Of a DNA stretch of 64,000 bases, positions 1 through 10,002 are shown one piece after another. The DNA lies in NCBI GenBank assembly GCA_947623685.1, contig CANQHF010000003.1, forward strand, positions 7,321 to 71,320, written 5' to 3'. The translations under genes were made by a program, and so were the position numbers. The notes under the pieces are model-generated. The model was given only the letters and a program-made list of their open reading frames with translations. It did no database searches and was not told where the DNA came from. Source of the DNA: an uncultured Bacilli bacterium (GTDB lineage: Bacteria; Bacillota_I; Bacilli_A; RF39; UBA660). Each line of letters begins with the position of its first letter. The first letter of the stretch is position 1.

Positions 1-6
1 GATAAT

Positions 7-717
7 ATGAATAAAATTAAAAAGCTTTTTAAAAATATATATGTAATCATTTTTATTTTTGTAATTATATTTAGCGTAATATTTTTAACAATATTAGATA
101 AAAAAGCTATGCCAGTTATTATGAATTATGCAAACGTTCAAACCAAAAGACTAGGTATCGAGGTGTTAAGAAATTCAGGAATAAAAGACATAAACGAAAA
201 TTTAAAAGATGCAGAATTATTTAAGATTACGAAAAATAACAATGGTGAAATAGAAAGTGTTGATTTTAATACTGCTAAAATTAATGAGACTTTGGTTATA
301 GTATCAAAAAATATGAGGAAAAGATTATTAGAAATAGAATCTGGAAAAAACTTGCCAGAAGAACTATATCAAAATAAAAATGATAAATTAAAAAAAGGAA
401 TAACTTATGAAGTTCCTATTGGGGTTGTTTTTGGCAATTCGTTTTTTTCAAGTTTTGGTCCTAAAATACCAGTTAAGATAAAATATTCTGGAAACGTTGG
501 ATTAGATGTTAAAACAAGGGTTAGCAAGTATGGATTAAATAGCGCTTTAATAGAAGTTTATATTTATGTTGAAGTAACCCAAAGAACGATTTTACCATTT
601 CAATCAAAAGATGTTAAATTAACATCAGAAATACCAGTGGTAATGAAGGTCATAAAAGGATCTATTCCTTATTATTTGTCTGGAATTAATAATTCTTATG
701 ATTTGCCATTAGAATGA
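7..717 (+). CDS. yunB: sporulation protein YunB-like, N-terminal membrane anchor
   Basis: 236-aa ORF with one N-terminal hydrophobic helix. Overall resemblance to the YunB family is by recall. It sits among other sporulation genes. Confidence 0.5.
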   Translation: MNKIKKLFKNIYVIIFIFVIIFSVIFLTILDKKAMPVIMNYANVQTKRLGIEVLRNSGIKDINENLKDAELFKITKNNNGEIESVDFNTAKINETLVIVSKNMRKRLLEIESGKNLPEELYQNKNDKLKKGITYEVPIGVVFGNSFFSSFGPKIPVKIKYSGNVGLDVKTRVSKYGLNSALIEVYIYVEVTQRTILPFQSKDVKLTSEIPVVMKVIKGSIPYYLSGINNSYDLPLE

Positions 718-752
718 TAATTATGATATACTTATATAGTATGGAGGATACG

Positions 753-1028
753 ATGCAGAACGTAGTTTTAGAAGAAAATACTTATGAAATCATCAAAGAT
801 TATAAAAATGGTTATAATAAAGATGAACTTATTAATAAGTATACCGATTATTTTAAGGATTATGATTATATAGTTGGAGATTGGGCTTATGGTAAGTTAA
901 GATTAAAAGGTTTTTATGAAAAAAATAATAAAAAATGTAAAGAAATTAACAATATAGATAATTTAGATAAGTATTTAAAGGAAAATTGTGCTTTTGATTG
1001 TGCATATTTTGTTGCAAAAAGAAAATAA
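753..1028 (+). CDS. YutD-like (DUF1027) protein
   Basis: Motif DYIVGDWAYGKLRLKGF is typical of the YutD family. Start moved to ATG 753, behind GGAGG at 743-747; the track ORF starts further upstream. Confidence 0.5.
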   Translation: MQNVVLEENTYEIIKDYKNGYNKDELINKYTDYFKDYDYIVGDWAYGKLRLKGFYEKNNKKCKEINNIDNLDKYLKENCAFDCAYFVAKRK

Positions 1029-1070
1029 GTATGTTAAAATAAGTTATATAGGATAAAAGAGGTGTATATT

Positions 1071-1442
1071 ATGGTAACGGCTAGTAATATAGGAAGCGGT
1101 AAAAAAGTAAACGTAGGACAAAGTTTTGCAAGCGGTATGTCAGCTTTACATACTACGCAAAAAGAAAAGTTTGTTATTGTTGATGAAAGTGGTACTAAAA
1201 AAGATGCAGAACGTTTATCTTTGTTTAAACTAAAAGATAATGAAAAAACTTACATCGTATATACTTTTAACGAAGTGGACGAAAATGATATGATCAAGTT
1301 ATACGTTGCTATATTAAATGATAAAGACGGAGTTTATTCATTAGAAAACATAACTGATAATGATGAGTGGACAAAGGTAAAAGACGCAATGAGAAAGATT
1401 GCCAAAGATGGTCAACAAATCCTAAATGGTAAGGAAGACTAG
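1071..1442 (+). CDS. small acidic protein, DUF1292/UPF0473-like
   Basis: ORF with RBS AAGAGGTG before ATG 1071. The acidic pattern (VDESG...YIVYTF...DGVYSLENI...EW) loosely resembles DUF1292. Confidence 0.3.
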   Translation: MVTASNIGSGKKVNVGQSFASGMSALHTTQKEKFVIVDESGTKKDAERLSLFKLKDNEKTYIVYTFNEVDENDMIKLYVAILNDKDGVYSLENITDNDEWTKVKDAMRKIAKDGQQILNGKED

Positions 1443-1461
1443 TAGTTAGGAGGATTTTGCT

Positions 1462-2298
1462 ATGAGCGATAAAAAGAAAAAAATTGAGGATGGACAAAAC
1501 TTTGAAGTGGTAGATGGAATAACCATAATAAATGATGTTTCGGTAGCTGAAAAAGATGAAACGTTAGATAAAAAAGAAGTAAAAACAGAAGAGGCTGCTA
1601 AAGAAGAAAGTAATGATTTAGCAAGTGAAATAAAACCAGATGTTGAAATACCAAAGGCTTTAACTGATGAAAATAATAAAGCACTAGAAGTTCAAGCTGA
1701 AGAAGAATCATCTCCACAAATAGATTTATCTAGTATTTTACCAACTGAACCAACGGCTAATCCTTCAGAATCTCAAGATTTAGCTATTAATGCACCAATT
1801 GATCCTAATCCTGTTATAGATCCTTCTTTAGGTAATAATTTTTCAAATCCTATGACTGGTTCAGTAGCAACTTCATATAATGAAATTCCTAACCCTTCTT
1901 TATACACGGCAAACGCTACTGATTATAATCCATTATTTGGAAGAGAAAATTCAGGATTTACTGCGGCACCTGATAATAGAGTTTTCAAGGTACCAAGTGA
2001 TGTAGATTCATCAATTGAAAAATTTATGGGTGATGTAAAAAAATCTTATGACGAAAACATTGCTAATCCTACTAAAACTTTAGTTGAATTTGTTAATGCT
2101 TTTGTAAAATGGGGAAATCAAGTTACTGCTAAAGGACTTAATAGAGAACTTTTTGATGAGTATGATAAATTAATGGAAGATTTAAATAATACAAAATCTT
2201 ATGATGGATTAAGTACATCTAACAGTTATAGCAATGCTTCTTTAAACAACTATAATGATGATTATAAAAATGATGGCGGAATGGGAATGGCTGCATAA
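1462..2298 (+). CDS. hypothetical acidic, low-complexity protein
   Basis: 278-aa ORF with RBS AGGAGG upstream. N-terminal half is E/K/P/S-rich. No recognisable domain. Confidence 0.4.
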   Translation: MSDKKKKIEDGQNFEVVDGITIINDVSVAEKDETLDKKEVKTEEAAKEESNDLASEIKPDVEIPKALTDENNKALEVQAEEESSPQIDLSSILPTEPTANPSESQDLAINAPIDPNPVIDPSLGNNFSNPMTGSVATSYNEIPNPSLYTANATDYNPLFGRENSGFTAAPDNRVFKVPSDVDSSIEKFMGDVKKSYDENIANPTKTLVEFVNAFVKWGNQVTAKGLNRELFDEYDKLMEDLNNTKSYDGLSTSNSYSNASLNNYNDDYKNDGGMGMAA

Positions 2299-2399
2299 TA
2301 AATTTTAAATAATTTGTTAATAATAAAGATATATGATAAGTATATCTTTTTTTCTTTTTTAAATTTTTAAAATTAACAAAAATTACCATGAAAAAAATT

Positions 2400-2428
2400 G
2401 TATGAAATGGTAGAATTTTCACATTCTA
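2400..2428 (+). promoter_or_regulatory. candidate forespore (sigmaG/sigmaF-type) promoter of the SASP gene
   Basis: GTATG (2400-2404), 17-nt spacer, CATTCTA (2422-2428). This approximates the GnATA-N17-18-CATnnTA forespore consensus, about 25 nt upstream of the SASP start. Confidence 0.3.
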
Positions 2429-2452
2429 TTAGTGTACAGGAGGTGAAAACAC

Positions 2453-2656
2453 ATGAAAAATAGTAACAAAATAGTTGCTCCACAAGCTAAACAAGCTATA
2501 GAACAAATGAAATACGAAATCGCTAACGAATTTGGTGTTAATTTAGGTGCTGATGCTACTGCTAGAGCTAATGGTTCAGTTGGTGGTGAAATCACAAAAC
2601 GTTTAGTAAAAATGGGTGAATCACAATTAGGTGGATCTTACAACGTTCAAAAGTAA
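2453..2656 (+). CDS. alpha/beta-type small acid-soluble spore protein
   Basis: 67 aa with [10 protein letters not shown] and GGEITKRLV blocks, diagnostic of alpha/beta SASPs. Strong RBS AGGAGGTG. Confidence 0.9.
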   Translation: MKNSNKIVAPQAKQAIEQMKYEIANEFGVNLGADATARANGSVGGEITKRLVKMGESQLGGSYNVQK

Positions 2657-2756
2657 TTAATATAAATATATATAAATAAAGGTAGCTATTTTTTGCTACC
2701 TTTTTGTTTTAATTATATTTATTTTGTTGTATAATTATTAGCAGGAGAGTGATTAT

Positions 2757-3935
2757 ATGAAAATATTATCTGTTAATGCTGGATCTTCATCGCTTAAGTT
2801 TCAAGCTTATGAAATGCCAGATGAAAAGGTTTTGATATCTGGTGTTATGGAAAGAATAGGAATGGAAAAAAGTTTTTACACGATTAAAATTAATGGTGAT
2901 AAAATAAAAAAAGAATTGGACATTGCTAATCATAAAGAAGCTTTTAAAATTTTGGTAGAAGAATTAAAAGTGAATAACATCATTACATCATTAGATGATA
3001 TAAAAGCAGTTGGACATCGTGTTGTTCAAGGTGGTGATTACTTTGATAAATCAGTTGTAATAACTGATGATGTATTATCGAAAATAGATGAGTTATCATC
3101 TTTAGCGCCACTTCATAATCCTGCTTCAATAACTGGTATTAAAGCAGCTAAAGAAGTTTTTAAAAATGCTGTTGAAGTAGCTGTTTTTGATACGGCGTTT
3201 CATCAGACAATGCCAAAGGAAAATTATTTATATGCACTACCAATGTCTTGGTATGATGACTTAAAGGTAAGAAGATATGGTATGCATGGAACATCACATA
3301 AGTTTGTATCTCAAAGAATGAATGAAATATTAGGAAGAACTGATACTAAATTAATAATTTGTCACATAGGAAATGGAGCTTCGATTAGTGCCGTGTTAAA
3401 TGGCAAATGCATTAATACAAGTATGGGACTTACCCCTAATGCTGGTCTTATTATGGGAACAAGATGTGGTGATATAGACGCAAGTATTATTCCTTACGTT
3501 ATGGAAAAAACTGGTATGAGTGCTAAAGAAATAGATAACGTGTTAAATAAAGAAAGTGGGCTTCTTGCAATAAGTAGAAAGTCAAGTGATTCCCGCGACA
3601 TTGAAGATGGTATTAAAAATGGTGATGAAAACTGTATATTGGCACAAAAAATGTACGTTAGAAGAATAGTTGATTACATTGCAAAATACTATGTTGAAAT
3701 GAATGGGTGTGATGCGATTTGTTTTACCGCTGGTATTGGAGAAAAATCAATTGATACAAGACGTGATGTTATAAAAGCTCTTGGTGTTCTTGGTATTTAT
3801 TTAGATGAAAAAGCAAATAACGTAAAATCAGAAGAACGTTTAATTTCAGCAAGTAATTCTAAAGTACCATGTTGGATTATTCCAACTGACGAAGAATTGA
3901 TGATTGCAAAAGACACTTTTGAGTTAGTTCAGTAA
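2757..3935 (+). CDS. ackA: acetate kinase
   Basis: N-terminal ILSVNAGSSSLKF, plus GHRVVQGG and HIGNGASI motifs; 392 aa. Confidence 0.95.
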   Translation: MKILSVNAGSSSLKFQAYEMPDEKVLISGVMERIGMEKSFYTIKINGDKIKKELDIANHKEAFKILVEELKVNNIITSLDDIKAVGHRVVQGGDYFDKSVVITDDVLSKIDELSSLAPLHNPASITGIKAAKEVFKNAVEVAVFDTAFHQTMPKENYLYALPMSWYDDLKVRRYGMHGTSHKFVSQRMNEILGRTDTKLIICHIGNGASISAVLNGKCINTSMGLTPNAGLIMGTRCGDIDASIIPYVMEKTGMSAKEIDNVLNKESGLLAISRKSSDSRDIEDGIKNGDENCILAQKMYVRRIVDYIAKYYVEMNGCDAICFTAGIGEKSIDTRRDVIKALGVLGIYLDEKANNVKSEERLISASNSKVPCWIIPTDEELMIAKDTFELVQ

Positions 3936-3940
3936 GGTTT

Positions 3941-4900
3941 ATGATGAAACAAAAAATACTAGAATTAATAAAAAAATATAAAAAAATAATAATAGCAAGA
4001 CACATAGGTGCTGATCCAGATGCTTTAGGTTCTACTTTCGCACTAAAAGAAATAATACTAGAAAATTTTAAAGATAAACAAGTTTATGTTGCTGGTACTT
4101 CCGTTTCAAGATTTAAGTTTTTTGGAACTCATGATAAAATAACTGATGATATGTATGAAGATGCTTTATTAATCGCACTTGATATACCTGATATAAAAAG
4201 ATTGGACGGTGTAGATTATTATCGCTTTAAAGAATCTATTAAAATAGACCATCATCCTGAAATTGATAAATACTCTGATGTACAAATAATAGATATAGAT
4301 GCATCAAGTACGTGTGAACTTATTGCAAAATTTTGTTATGATTGTAACTTAAAAATGCCAAAGCATGCTGCTGAAAACTTATTTATGGGGATAATAGCAG
4401 ATACTAATAGATTTTTATTTGGAGCTAATAAACCAGAAACTTATAAGGTTATATTGCAATTAGTTGAAAAACAACATGTTAAACCTAATGAATTATATGA
4501 AATCTTGTATAAAAGACCAATTTCTGAAGTAAGGTTAGAAGGTTTTATTTCACTTAATATGAAGTTAACTAAAAACGGATTAGGATATGTTAAAATAACT
4601 GATAAAGATTTAAAAGAATATGGAGTTGATTCAGCAAGTATTGGAAGTATAATGAATAATTATAACTTTGTTCATGGTCTTATATGCTGGGTTGTGTTTT
4701 CTGAAGATTTAAAAAATAATGTTATAAGAACGTCCGCAAGAAGTAGGGGCGTTAAGATAAATAAGTTATTTGAACAATATAATGGTGGTGGACATATATA
4801 TGCATGTGGTGCAAAATTAAAGGATTTTAACGAAGCTGATGAAATAATTGATAAATTAGATAATTTATGTAAAGAATATAATGAAGACGAATTTAAGTAG
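3941..4900 (+). CDS. nrnA: DHH/DHHA1 phosphoesterase (NrnA-like oligoribonuclease/pAp phosphatase)
   Basis: RHIGADPDALGS, DHH and a C-terminal GGGH motif; 319 aa. Confidence 0.75.
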   Translation: MMKQKILELIKKYKKIIIARHIGADPDALGSTFALKEIILENFKDKQVYVAGTSVSRFKFFGTHDKITDDMYEDALLIALDIPDIKRLDGVDYYRFKESIKIDHHPEIDKYSDVQIIDIDASSTCELIAKFCYDCNLKMPKHAAENLFMGIIADTNRFLFGANKPETYKVILQLVEKQHVKPNELYEILYKRPISEVRLEGFISLNMKLTKNGLGYVKITDKDLKEYGVDSASIGSIMNNYNFVHGLICWVVFSEDLKNNVIRTSARSRGVKINKLFEQYNGGGHIYACGAKLKDFNEADEIIDKLDNLCKEYNEDEFK

Positions 4901-4951
4901 TCTTTTTTTATTTATTAAAATATGATATTATTTAACTAATGGGGTAATATT

Positions 4952-5230
4952 ATGAAAATTAATAATGAAAATATAAATATTGATGATCTTATTAAAAATA
5001 CCTATGATGATAAGAATATGATTAAGATGCGTGGTAATGGAATTTACTTAAGTGATAATGAAATAGAAGTATTAAAAAAATATGATATTGATTATAATAA
5101 GTATCCATCATTAAGTTCTTTAATATTTGATATAGAAAAAATATTAAATGAAGAACCTGATATATATGACTTAGAAGAAATATCTAAAAGACTTGCAGAA
5201 TTTAATTATTATAATAATACAAATAAGTAA
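4952..5230 (+). CDS. hypothetical small protein
   Basis: 92-aa ORF with RBS GGGG upstream. No recognisable motif. Confidence 0.35.
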   Translation: MKINNENINIDDLIKNTYDDKNMIKMRGNGIYLSDNEIEVLKKYDIDYNKYPSLSSLIFDIEKILNEEPDIYDLEEISKRLAEFNYYNNTNK

Positions 5231-5243
5231 GGGACTCGGTAAA

Positions 5244-6185
5244 ATGGAAAAAATAAGTTTAAAAAACATATATGATGAAGACGTAGAAATAGAAATTGTA
5301 GATAATCAAAATGATGCGACATTTATAACTCATAGTGGTACTTTTCATGCGGATGAAGTAATGGCAAGTGTAATATTACTTAATAAGTTTGGTTCTATGA
5401 AGATATATAGATGTAATAAACCAACTAATTTTAATGCGTTTGTCTATGATGTTGGTTTTAAAGAATTTGATCACCATGCCATAGATTTTGATAAAACAAG
5501 GCCAAATGGAATTAAATATGCATCCTGTGGTTTAGTATGGGAAAAATTTGGTAAAGATATAATTAAAAAATTAAATATAGAATCTATAGATTCATTTTTT
5601 GAAAGTATTGATAAAAATTTAATTATGGATATTGATAGAGATGATAACGGGCAGACTCTTGGCGTAGATTTGCCAATTAAAGTGCAGAGTATTCCTAATT
5701 TAATTGCTAATTTTAATCCAACTTGGGATGATTTATCTTGTGAAACAACTAATTTTTTAAAGGCAATTTTATTTGCCAATGAAATCTTTAACAACTTAAT
5801 TAAAAATATGATTTCTAAGGAAAAAGCAAGAAAAGTGGTAGAAGAAAAGATAAATGAAAGTAAAGAAGGAATTTTAGTTCTTGATAAATATATGCCTTGG
5901 AAAGATATAGTATTATCATCATCTAACCCTAAAGCAAGTGAAATCATATATGCTGTTTTTCCATCTAAAAGAGAAGGTTATAACGTTGTTGCAACACCAG
6001 TATCACCTGGCAGTTTTGATGTAAAAAAACCATTTCCAAAAAAATGGGCAGGAAAAGAGGAGGAAGAATTACAAAAATTAAGTGGAGTAGATACAATAAC
6101 GTTTTGTCATAAAAATTTATTTATATGTGCTTGTAAAACGTTTGATGATGCCATTAAGATAGCTAAAATATCATTAAAAGATTGA
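5244..6185 (+). CDS. MYG1/UPF0160 family metal-dependent hydrolase
   Basis: THSGTFHADEV motif near the N-terminus. Start trimmed to in-frame ATG 5244, because the upstream part of the track ORF overlaps the previous gene. Confidence 0.75.
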   Translation: MEKISLKNIYDEDVEIEIVDNQNDATFITHSGTFHADEVMASVILLNKFGSMKIYRCNKPTNFNAFVYDVGFKEFDHHAIDFDKTRPNGIKYASCGLVWEKFGKDIIKKLNIESIDSFFESIDKNLIMDIDRDDNGQTLGVDLPIKVQSIPNLIANFNPTWDDLSCETTNFLKAILFANEIFNNLIKNMISKEKARKVVEEKINESKEGILVLDKYMPWKDIVLSSSNPKASEIIYAVFPSKREGYNVVATPVSPGSFDVKKPFPKKWAGKEEEELQKLSGVDTITFCHKNLFICACKTFDDAIKIAKISLKD

Positions 6186-6278
6186 TTTGCATTTTACACT
6201 TAACTTTGCTATAATATCTATCGCAATTGAAAGATTTATTTCTTTTTTGCTATAATATTAAACGTAGGTGATAAATTT

Positions 6279-6869
6279 ATGACGATAAGTGATGTAGAAC
6301 TGTCTAACGTTGCGGTAAGAAGAAGTCAGTATCCTACTGATGGAAAACCAGAGTTTTTGCTTATAGGAAGAAGTAACGTTGGCAAATCAAGTTTTACAAA
6401 CTCAATTATTGAAAGAAAAGATTTAGCTAGAACATCAAGTAAACCTGGTAAAACTGATACAATTAACTTTTATAAAGTTAACGGAGATTTTTATTTGGTT
6501 GATGTTCCTGGATATGGTTATTCAGCTGGTGGAAAAAGTAATCAAAAGAAGTTTGGTATGATGATAGAAGAATATCTATCTGAAAGAAAAGAGTTAAAAG
6601 AAGTATTTATGCTTATTGACTTTAGACACAAGCCAACTGAAGATGATTTAATAATGTATAATTTTCTAAAATTTCATGAAGTTAAGGTTATTTTAATCGC
6701 AACCAAAGTTGATAAAATAGGGGTAACTTTAAGACAAAGATATAAAAAACAAATAACTGATAACATTGATCTTGCCATTGGTGATGAACTTATATTATTT
6801 TCATCTAAAACCAAGTTAGGTAAAAAAGAAATTCAAGGAATAATTGAAAAGGAAGTTTATGCTAAATAA
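6279..6869 (+). CDS. engB: ribosome biogenesis GTPase YsxC/EngB
   Basis: GRSNVGKSS (G1), DVPGYG (G3), TKVDK (G4); 196 aa. Confidence 0.9.
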   Translation: MTISDVELSNVAVRRSQYPTDGKPEFLLIGRSNVGKSSFTNSIIERKDLARTSSKPGKTDTINFYKVNGDFYLVDVPGYGYSAGGKSNQKKFGMMIEEYLSERKELKEVFMLIDFRHKPTEDDLIMYNFLKFHEVKVILIATKVDKIGVTLRQRYKKQITDNIDLAIGDELILFSSKTKLGKKEIQGIIEKEVYAK

Positions 6870-6931
6870 TAAACTTCTTTTTATGTTAAATTTATGATAT
6901 AATTGTTTGCGAAAAAAAGAAGGTGATTTAT

Positions 6932-8245
6932 ATGAAATTACCAACGATTGCTTTAGTAGGAAGACCAAACGTAGGTAAATCAACCATATTTAATAGATTG
7001 GTGGGCAAAAAAAAGGCGATAATTGAAGATACCCCAGGAGTAACAAGGGATAGAATTTATGGAACTGCTACATATTTAGATTATAAATTTAGCGTTATTG
7101 ATACTGGCGGTATAGATATATCAGAAGATGTTTTTAACAAAGAAATAAAAATGCAAGCAGAATTAGCTATTGATGAAGCTGATGTAATCGTTTTTATCGT
7201 TGATGCAAAAGAAGGGATAACAACTAATGATTTGGTTGTAAGAGACCTTTTAAAACGCAGTAATAAAAAGGTTATTGTTGCCATAAATAAAGTTGATAAT
7301 AAAAAGGCAATGGAAAATATTTATGATTTTTATGAACTTGGATTTGATTGCTACATACCAATATCTGGTTCTCATAACACCGGTATAGACGATTTATTAA
7401 ATGAGATAACAAGCGGCTTTGATAAAACGATGGAAGAAGAATATGATGAATCAGTTGTAAAGTTTTGCGTTATTGGAAGACCAAACGTAGGTAAATCATC
7501 ACTTGTTAATGCTTTATTAAATGAACAAAGGGTAATCGTAAGTGATACTCCTGGAACAACAAGGGATACGGTTGATACTTTATTTAATTACGAAAAAAGA
7601 CCATTTGTTGTTATTGATACCGCTGGAATGAGAAAAAAGGGAAAAATTTATGAAACAATAGAAAAATATAGTTTATTAAGAAGTATGAAAGCAATCGAAA
7701 GAAGTGATGTTTGTTTAGTTGTTATAAATGCACAAGAAGGAATAATAGAGCATGATAAACACATTGCAAGTTATGCAATAAACGCGGGTAAAGCACTTGT
7801 TTTAGTTGTTAATAAGTGGGATGTTATTGATGATAAAGATCAAGCAATAAAAGAGTTTACTAAAAAAATAAGAGCAGAATTTCAGTTTTTAAGTTATGTG
7901 CCAATCGTGTTTTTATCTGCTAAAACGAAAAAAAGATTACATACCTTAATGCCAGAAGTTATAAAGGTTTATGATAATTCAAAAAGACAGATAAAAACAA
8001 GTATTTTAAATGATGTTATAGTTGATGCGGTAACACTTAAAGCACCACCATCATATAAGGGAAAAAGGCTTAAAATATATTTTGCTTGTCAAACGGGGAT
8101 TAAACCACCAAAATTTACTTTTAACGTTAATAGTACTGGTTTACTTCATTTTTCTTACGAAAGATATTTAGAAAACAAAATAAGAGAAAACTTTGATTTA
8201 GAAGGCTCACCAATCATATTACAGTTTAAAAATAAAAACGAATAA
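6932..8245 (+). CDS. der: ribosome-associated GTPase Der/EngA (double GTPase domain)
   Basis: Two GRPNVGKS P-loops, two DTxG motifs and a KH-like C-terminus. Start set to ATG 6932, behind GAAGGTGA. Confidence 0.95.
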   Translation: MKLPTIALVGRPNVGKSTIFNRLVGKKKAIIEDTPGVTRDRIYGTATYLDYKFSVIDTGGIDISEDVFNKEIKMQAELAIDEADVIVFIVDAKEGITTNDLVVRDLLKRSNKKVIVAINKVDNKKAMENIYDFYELGFDCYIPISGSHNTGIDDLLNEITSGFDKTMEEEYDESVVKFCVIGRPNVGKSSLVNALLNEQRVIVSDTPGTTRDTVDTLFNYEKRPFVVIDTAGMRKKGKIYETIEKYSLLRSMKAIERSDVCLVVINAQEGIIEHDKHIASYAINAGKALVLVVNKWDVIDDKDQAIKEFTKKIRAEFQFLSYVPIVFLSAKTKKRLHTLMPEVIKVYDNSKRQIKTSILNDVIVDAVTLKAPPSYKGKRLKIYFACQTGIKPPKFTFNVNSTGLLHFSYERYLENKIRENFDLEGSPIILQFKNKNE

Positions 8246-8296
8246 TTAATAACAAATATTTTATAAACTCATATATTATTTTAGGAGTGATAATTT

Positions 8297-8539
8297 ATGG
8301 GAATAACTGATAGTTTTCTTAACAGGGTAGAAAGAAAAACAAACGTTAGTAAACAATCTATATTAGACCTTGCTGAAAGATTAAAAGGCGGTAATTTAAA
8401 GGATGAGAAAACCATTCGCGGAGTAATTGATGAATTATCTAAATTAACTGGCAAACCGGTTTCTAAAGAGCAATCAGATAAGATAGTTAAAGCGGTAGTT
8501 GGTGATCAAATACCAAATGATTTAGAAAGCATGCTTTAA
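8297..8539 (+). CDS. stage VI sporulation protein F-like
   Basis: 80 aa. The pattern KTNVSKQSILDLA...NLKDEKTIRGVIDELSKLTGKPVSKE resembles the SpoVIF (YjcC) family by recall. Confidence 0.45.
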   Translation: MGITDSFLNRVERKTNVSKQSILDLAERLKGGNLKDEKTIRGVIDELSKLTGKPVSKEQSDKIVKAVVGDQIPNDLESML

Positions 8540-8565
8540 AAGAAGAAAATTTTCTTCTTTTTTTT
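8538..8565 (+). terminator. rho-independent terminator (copy 1 of a duplicated terminator)
   Basis: AAGAAGAAAATTTTCTTCTT hairpin followed by a T-run. Confidence 0.8.
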
Positions 8566-8626
8566 AATACTATCTAGTAGTATAATTATTATTGAAATAA
8601 ATAGTAATTTGCTTTACTAATAAGAG

Positions 8627-9922
8627 GTGGTTAATTTGAGTAATGAAAATAAAAAACAAACAAAGAAAAAAACAAGTAATAAATGTTTATATACTTGTAA
8701 AAGCATAGTGGATAAATATGAATATAAAAAGATGGCAAAATATTTTCCAAAAAGAATGTACTTACCTTTTGTACATAAAGGTACTTTTTTAAACATAATA
8801 TTTACGGCCTTAGCAGCAATACTTTCAAAAAGTTGGATTATATCATTAGTTTTCTTTTTGGTATATGAAATATTTTTATTAATATATTACAAAGTAAGAT
8901 TAGAGTTTTTCTCAGAAAAAGAGTTTATTAAAAGAAATAAGGGTAAAGAAGATGAAACTGATTTTGAAACAGAGTTTTATGAAGACTATTTTATTAGAAA
9001 AACAAACAAATCATCATTAACGATTAATTACTCTGAAATAAGTAAATGCGTTGAAAATGATACTAATTTTTATTTAGAATATCCTGAGAAAAACTTTATA
9101 ATTATTATTCAAAAAAATAGATGTGATAATGAATTAATTAATTTTATTAGAAGTAAATTTAATAATTTAGAAAATCATCTTGAAGATAATTCTAATTTTA
9201 AGAAAATGAAAAAATATCATAATCCTAATTTAATTAAAACATTTATGATTATTTTATTTATTGTTACGATTTGTAGTTTATGGGCTGCTTTATGGTCATT
9301 ATCTTTAGCAGATAAAATTAATCCTCAATATGGATCTAATTTTATTAAAAATAATTGGGTATTTTGGTTATGGCTACCTATTCCAATATTATCAATTATT
9401 CTTGGCTTTAAATACAAAAACGCTGGTTTTAAATGCACCAAAAATATCGTTGGGGGATTTATAATAACTTTCTTATTATTAATGTATGGTTCATTTTGTT
9501 TGTTTCCAACCTTTTCACAAGATTATAGTAAAATAGATGATTATAGAAATATAATAGATGCAAATCTTCCAGATAATGGAGAATTAGAAATTCAAGATTG
9601 GAAAACGCATTTTGATGATGACAAAACTAATTATACGAAAATAGATGTGTATTATGATAAAGAAGATGTTAGTAATCTAGTAAGTAGTATTGAAAATAAT
9701 AGTAATTGGATTTTAAGTAAAAAAATGAAATCAACTTTAAAAATATTAATTCCGCAGCAATTAAGGGTAGATGAAGACGCATATTTTTCTATTTATAACA
9801 AGACAAATAATGAATATAATACCATACCTAAAGCATCTGGTAATTATGAGATATATGTAATTAAATATGATAAATCTGACAAACACTTAGAAATTCACAA
9901 ATTTACGTACTTATATAAGTAA
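8627..9922 (+). CDS. multi-pass membrane protein with YcxB-like N-terminal region
   Basis: Long ORF with several hydrophobic helices. Start is uncertain (GTG 8627, TTG 8636 or ATG 8731). Confidence 0.45.
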   Translation: MVNLSNENKKQTKKKTSNKCLYTCKSIVDKYEYKKMAKYFPKRMYLPFVHKGTFLNIIFTALAAILSKSWIISLVFFLVYEIFLLIYYKVRLEFFSEKEFIKRNKGKEDETDFETEFYEDYFIRKTNKSSLTINYSEISKCVENDTNFYLEYPEKNFIIIIQKNRCDNELINFIRSKFNNLENHLEDNSNFKKMKKYHNPNLIKTFMIILFIVTICSLWAALWSLSLADKINPQYGSNFIKNNWVFWLWLPIPILSIILGFKYKNAGFKCTKNIVGGFIITFLLLMYGSFCLFPTFSQDYSKIDDYRNIIDANLPDNGELEIQDWKTHFDDDKTNYTKIDVYYDKEDVSNLVSSIENNSNWILSKKMKSTLKILIPQQLRVDEDAYFSIYNKTNNEYNTIPKASGNYEIYVIKYDKSDKHLEIHKFTYLYK

Positions 9923-10002
9923 AAATACATAAAAAATGTTTTTCGACAAAGTTTTTAAAAAAAGTTCATATAATAACAACCTAAAAGAAAGGAAAACAAT
10001 AT

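Noticed and set aside
1462-2298. Acidic low-complexity protein considered as a spore coat or surface-layer component, given the sporulation neighbourhood.
   Set aside because: It has no signal peptide, no known coat-protein motifs, and no repeats beyond compositional bias. Context alone is not enough for a functional call.
5471-5947. Antisense ORF of 158 aa. Similar antisense ORFs lie at 1309-1497, 7081-7284, 12443-12908, 17133-17513, 22260-23012, 23764-24057, 24492-24735, 43049-43699, 50500-50766, 51319-51609 and 61054-62083, among others.
   Set aside because: Each lies entirely inside a well-supported gene on the opposite strand. Each has a low-complexity I/L/F/S/K-rich translation typical of AT-rich antisense frames, and none has a convincing RBS.
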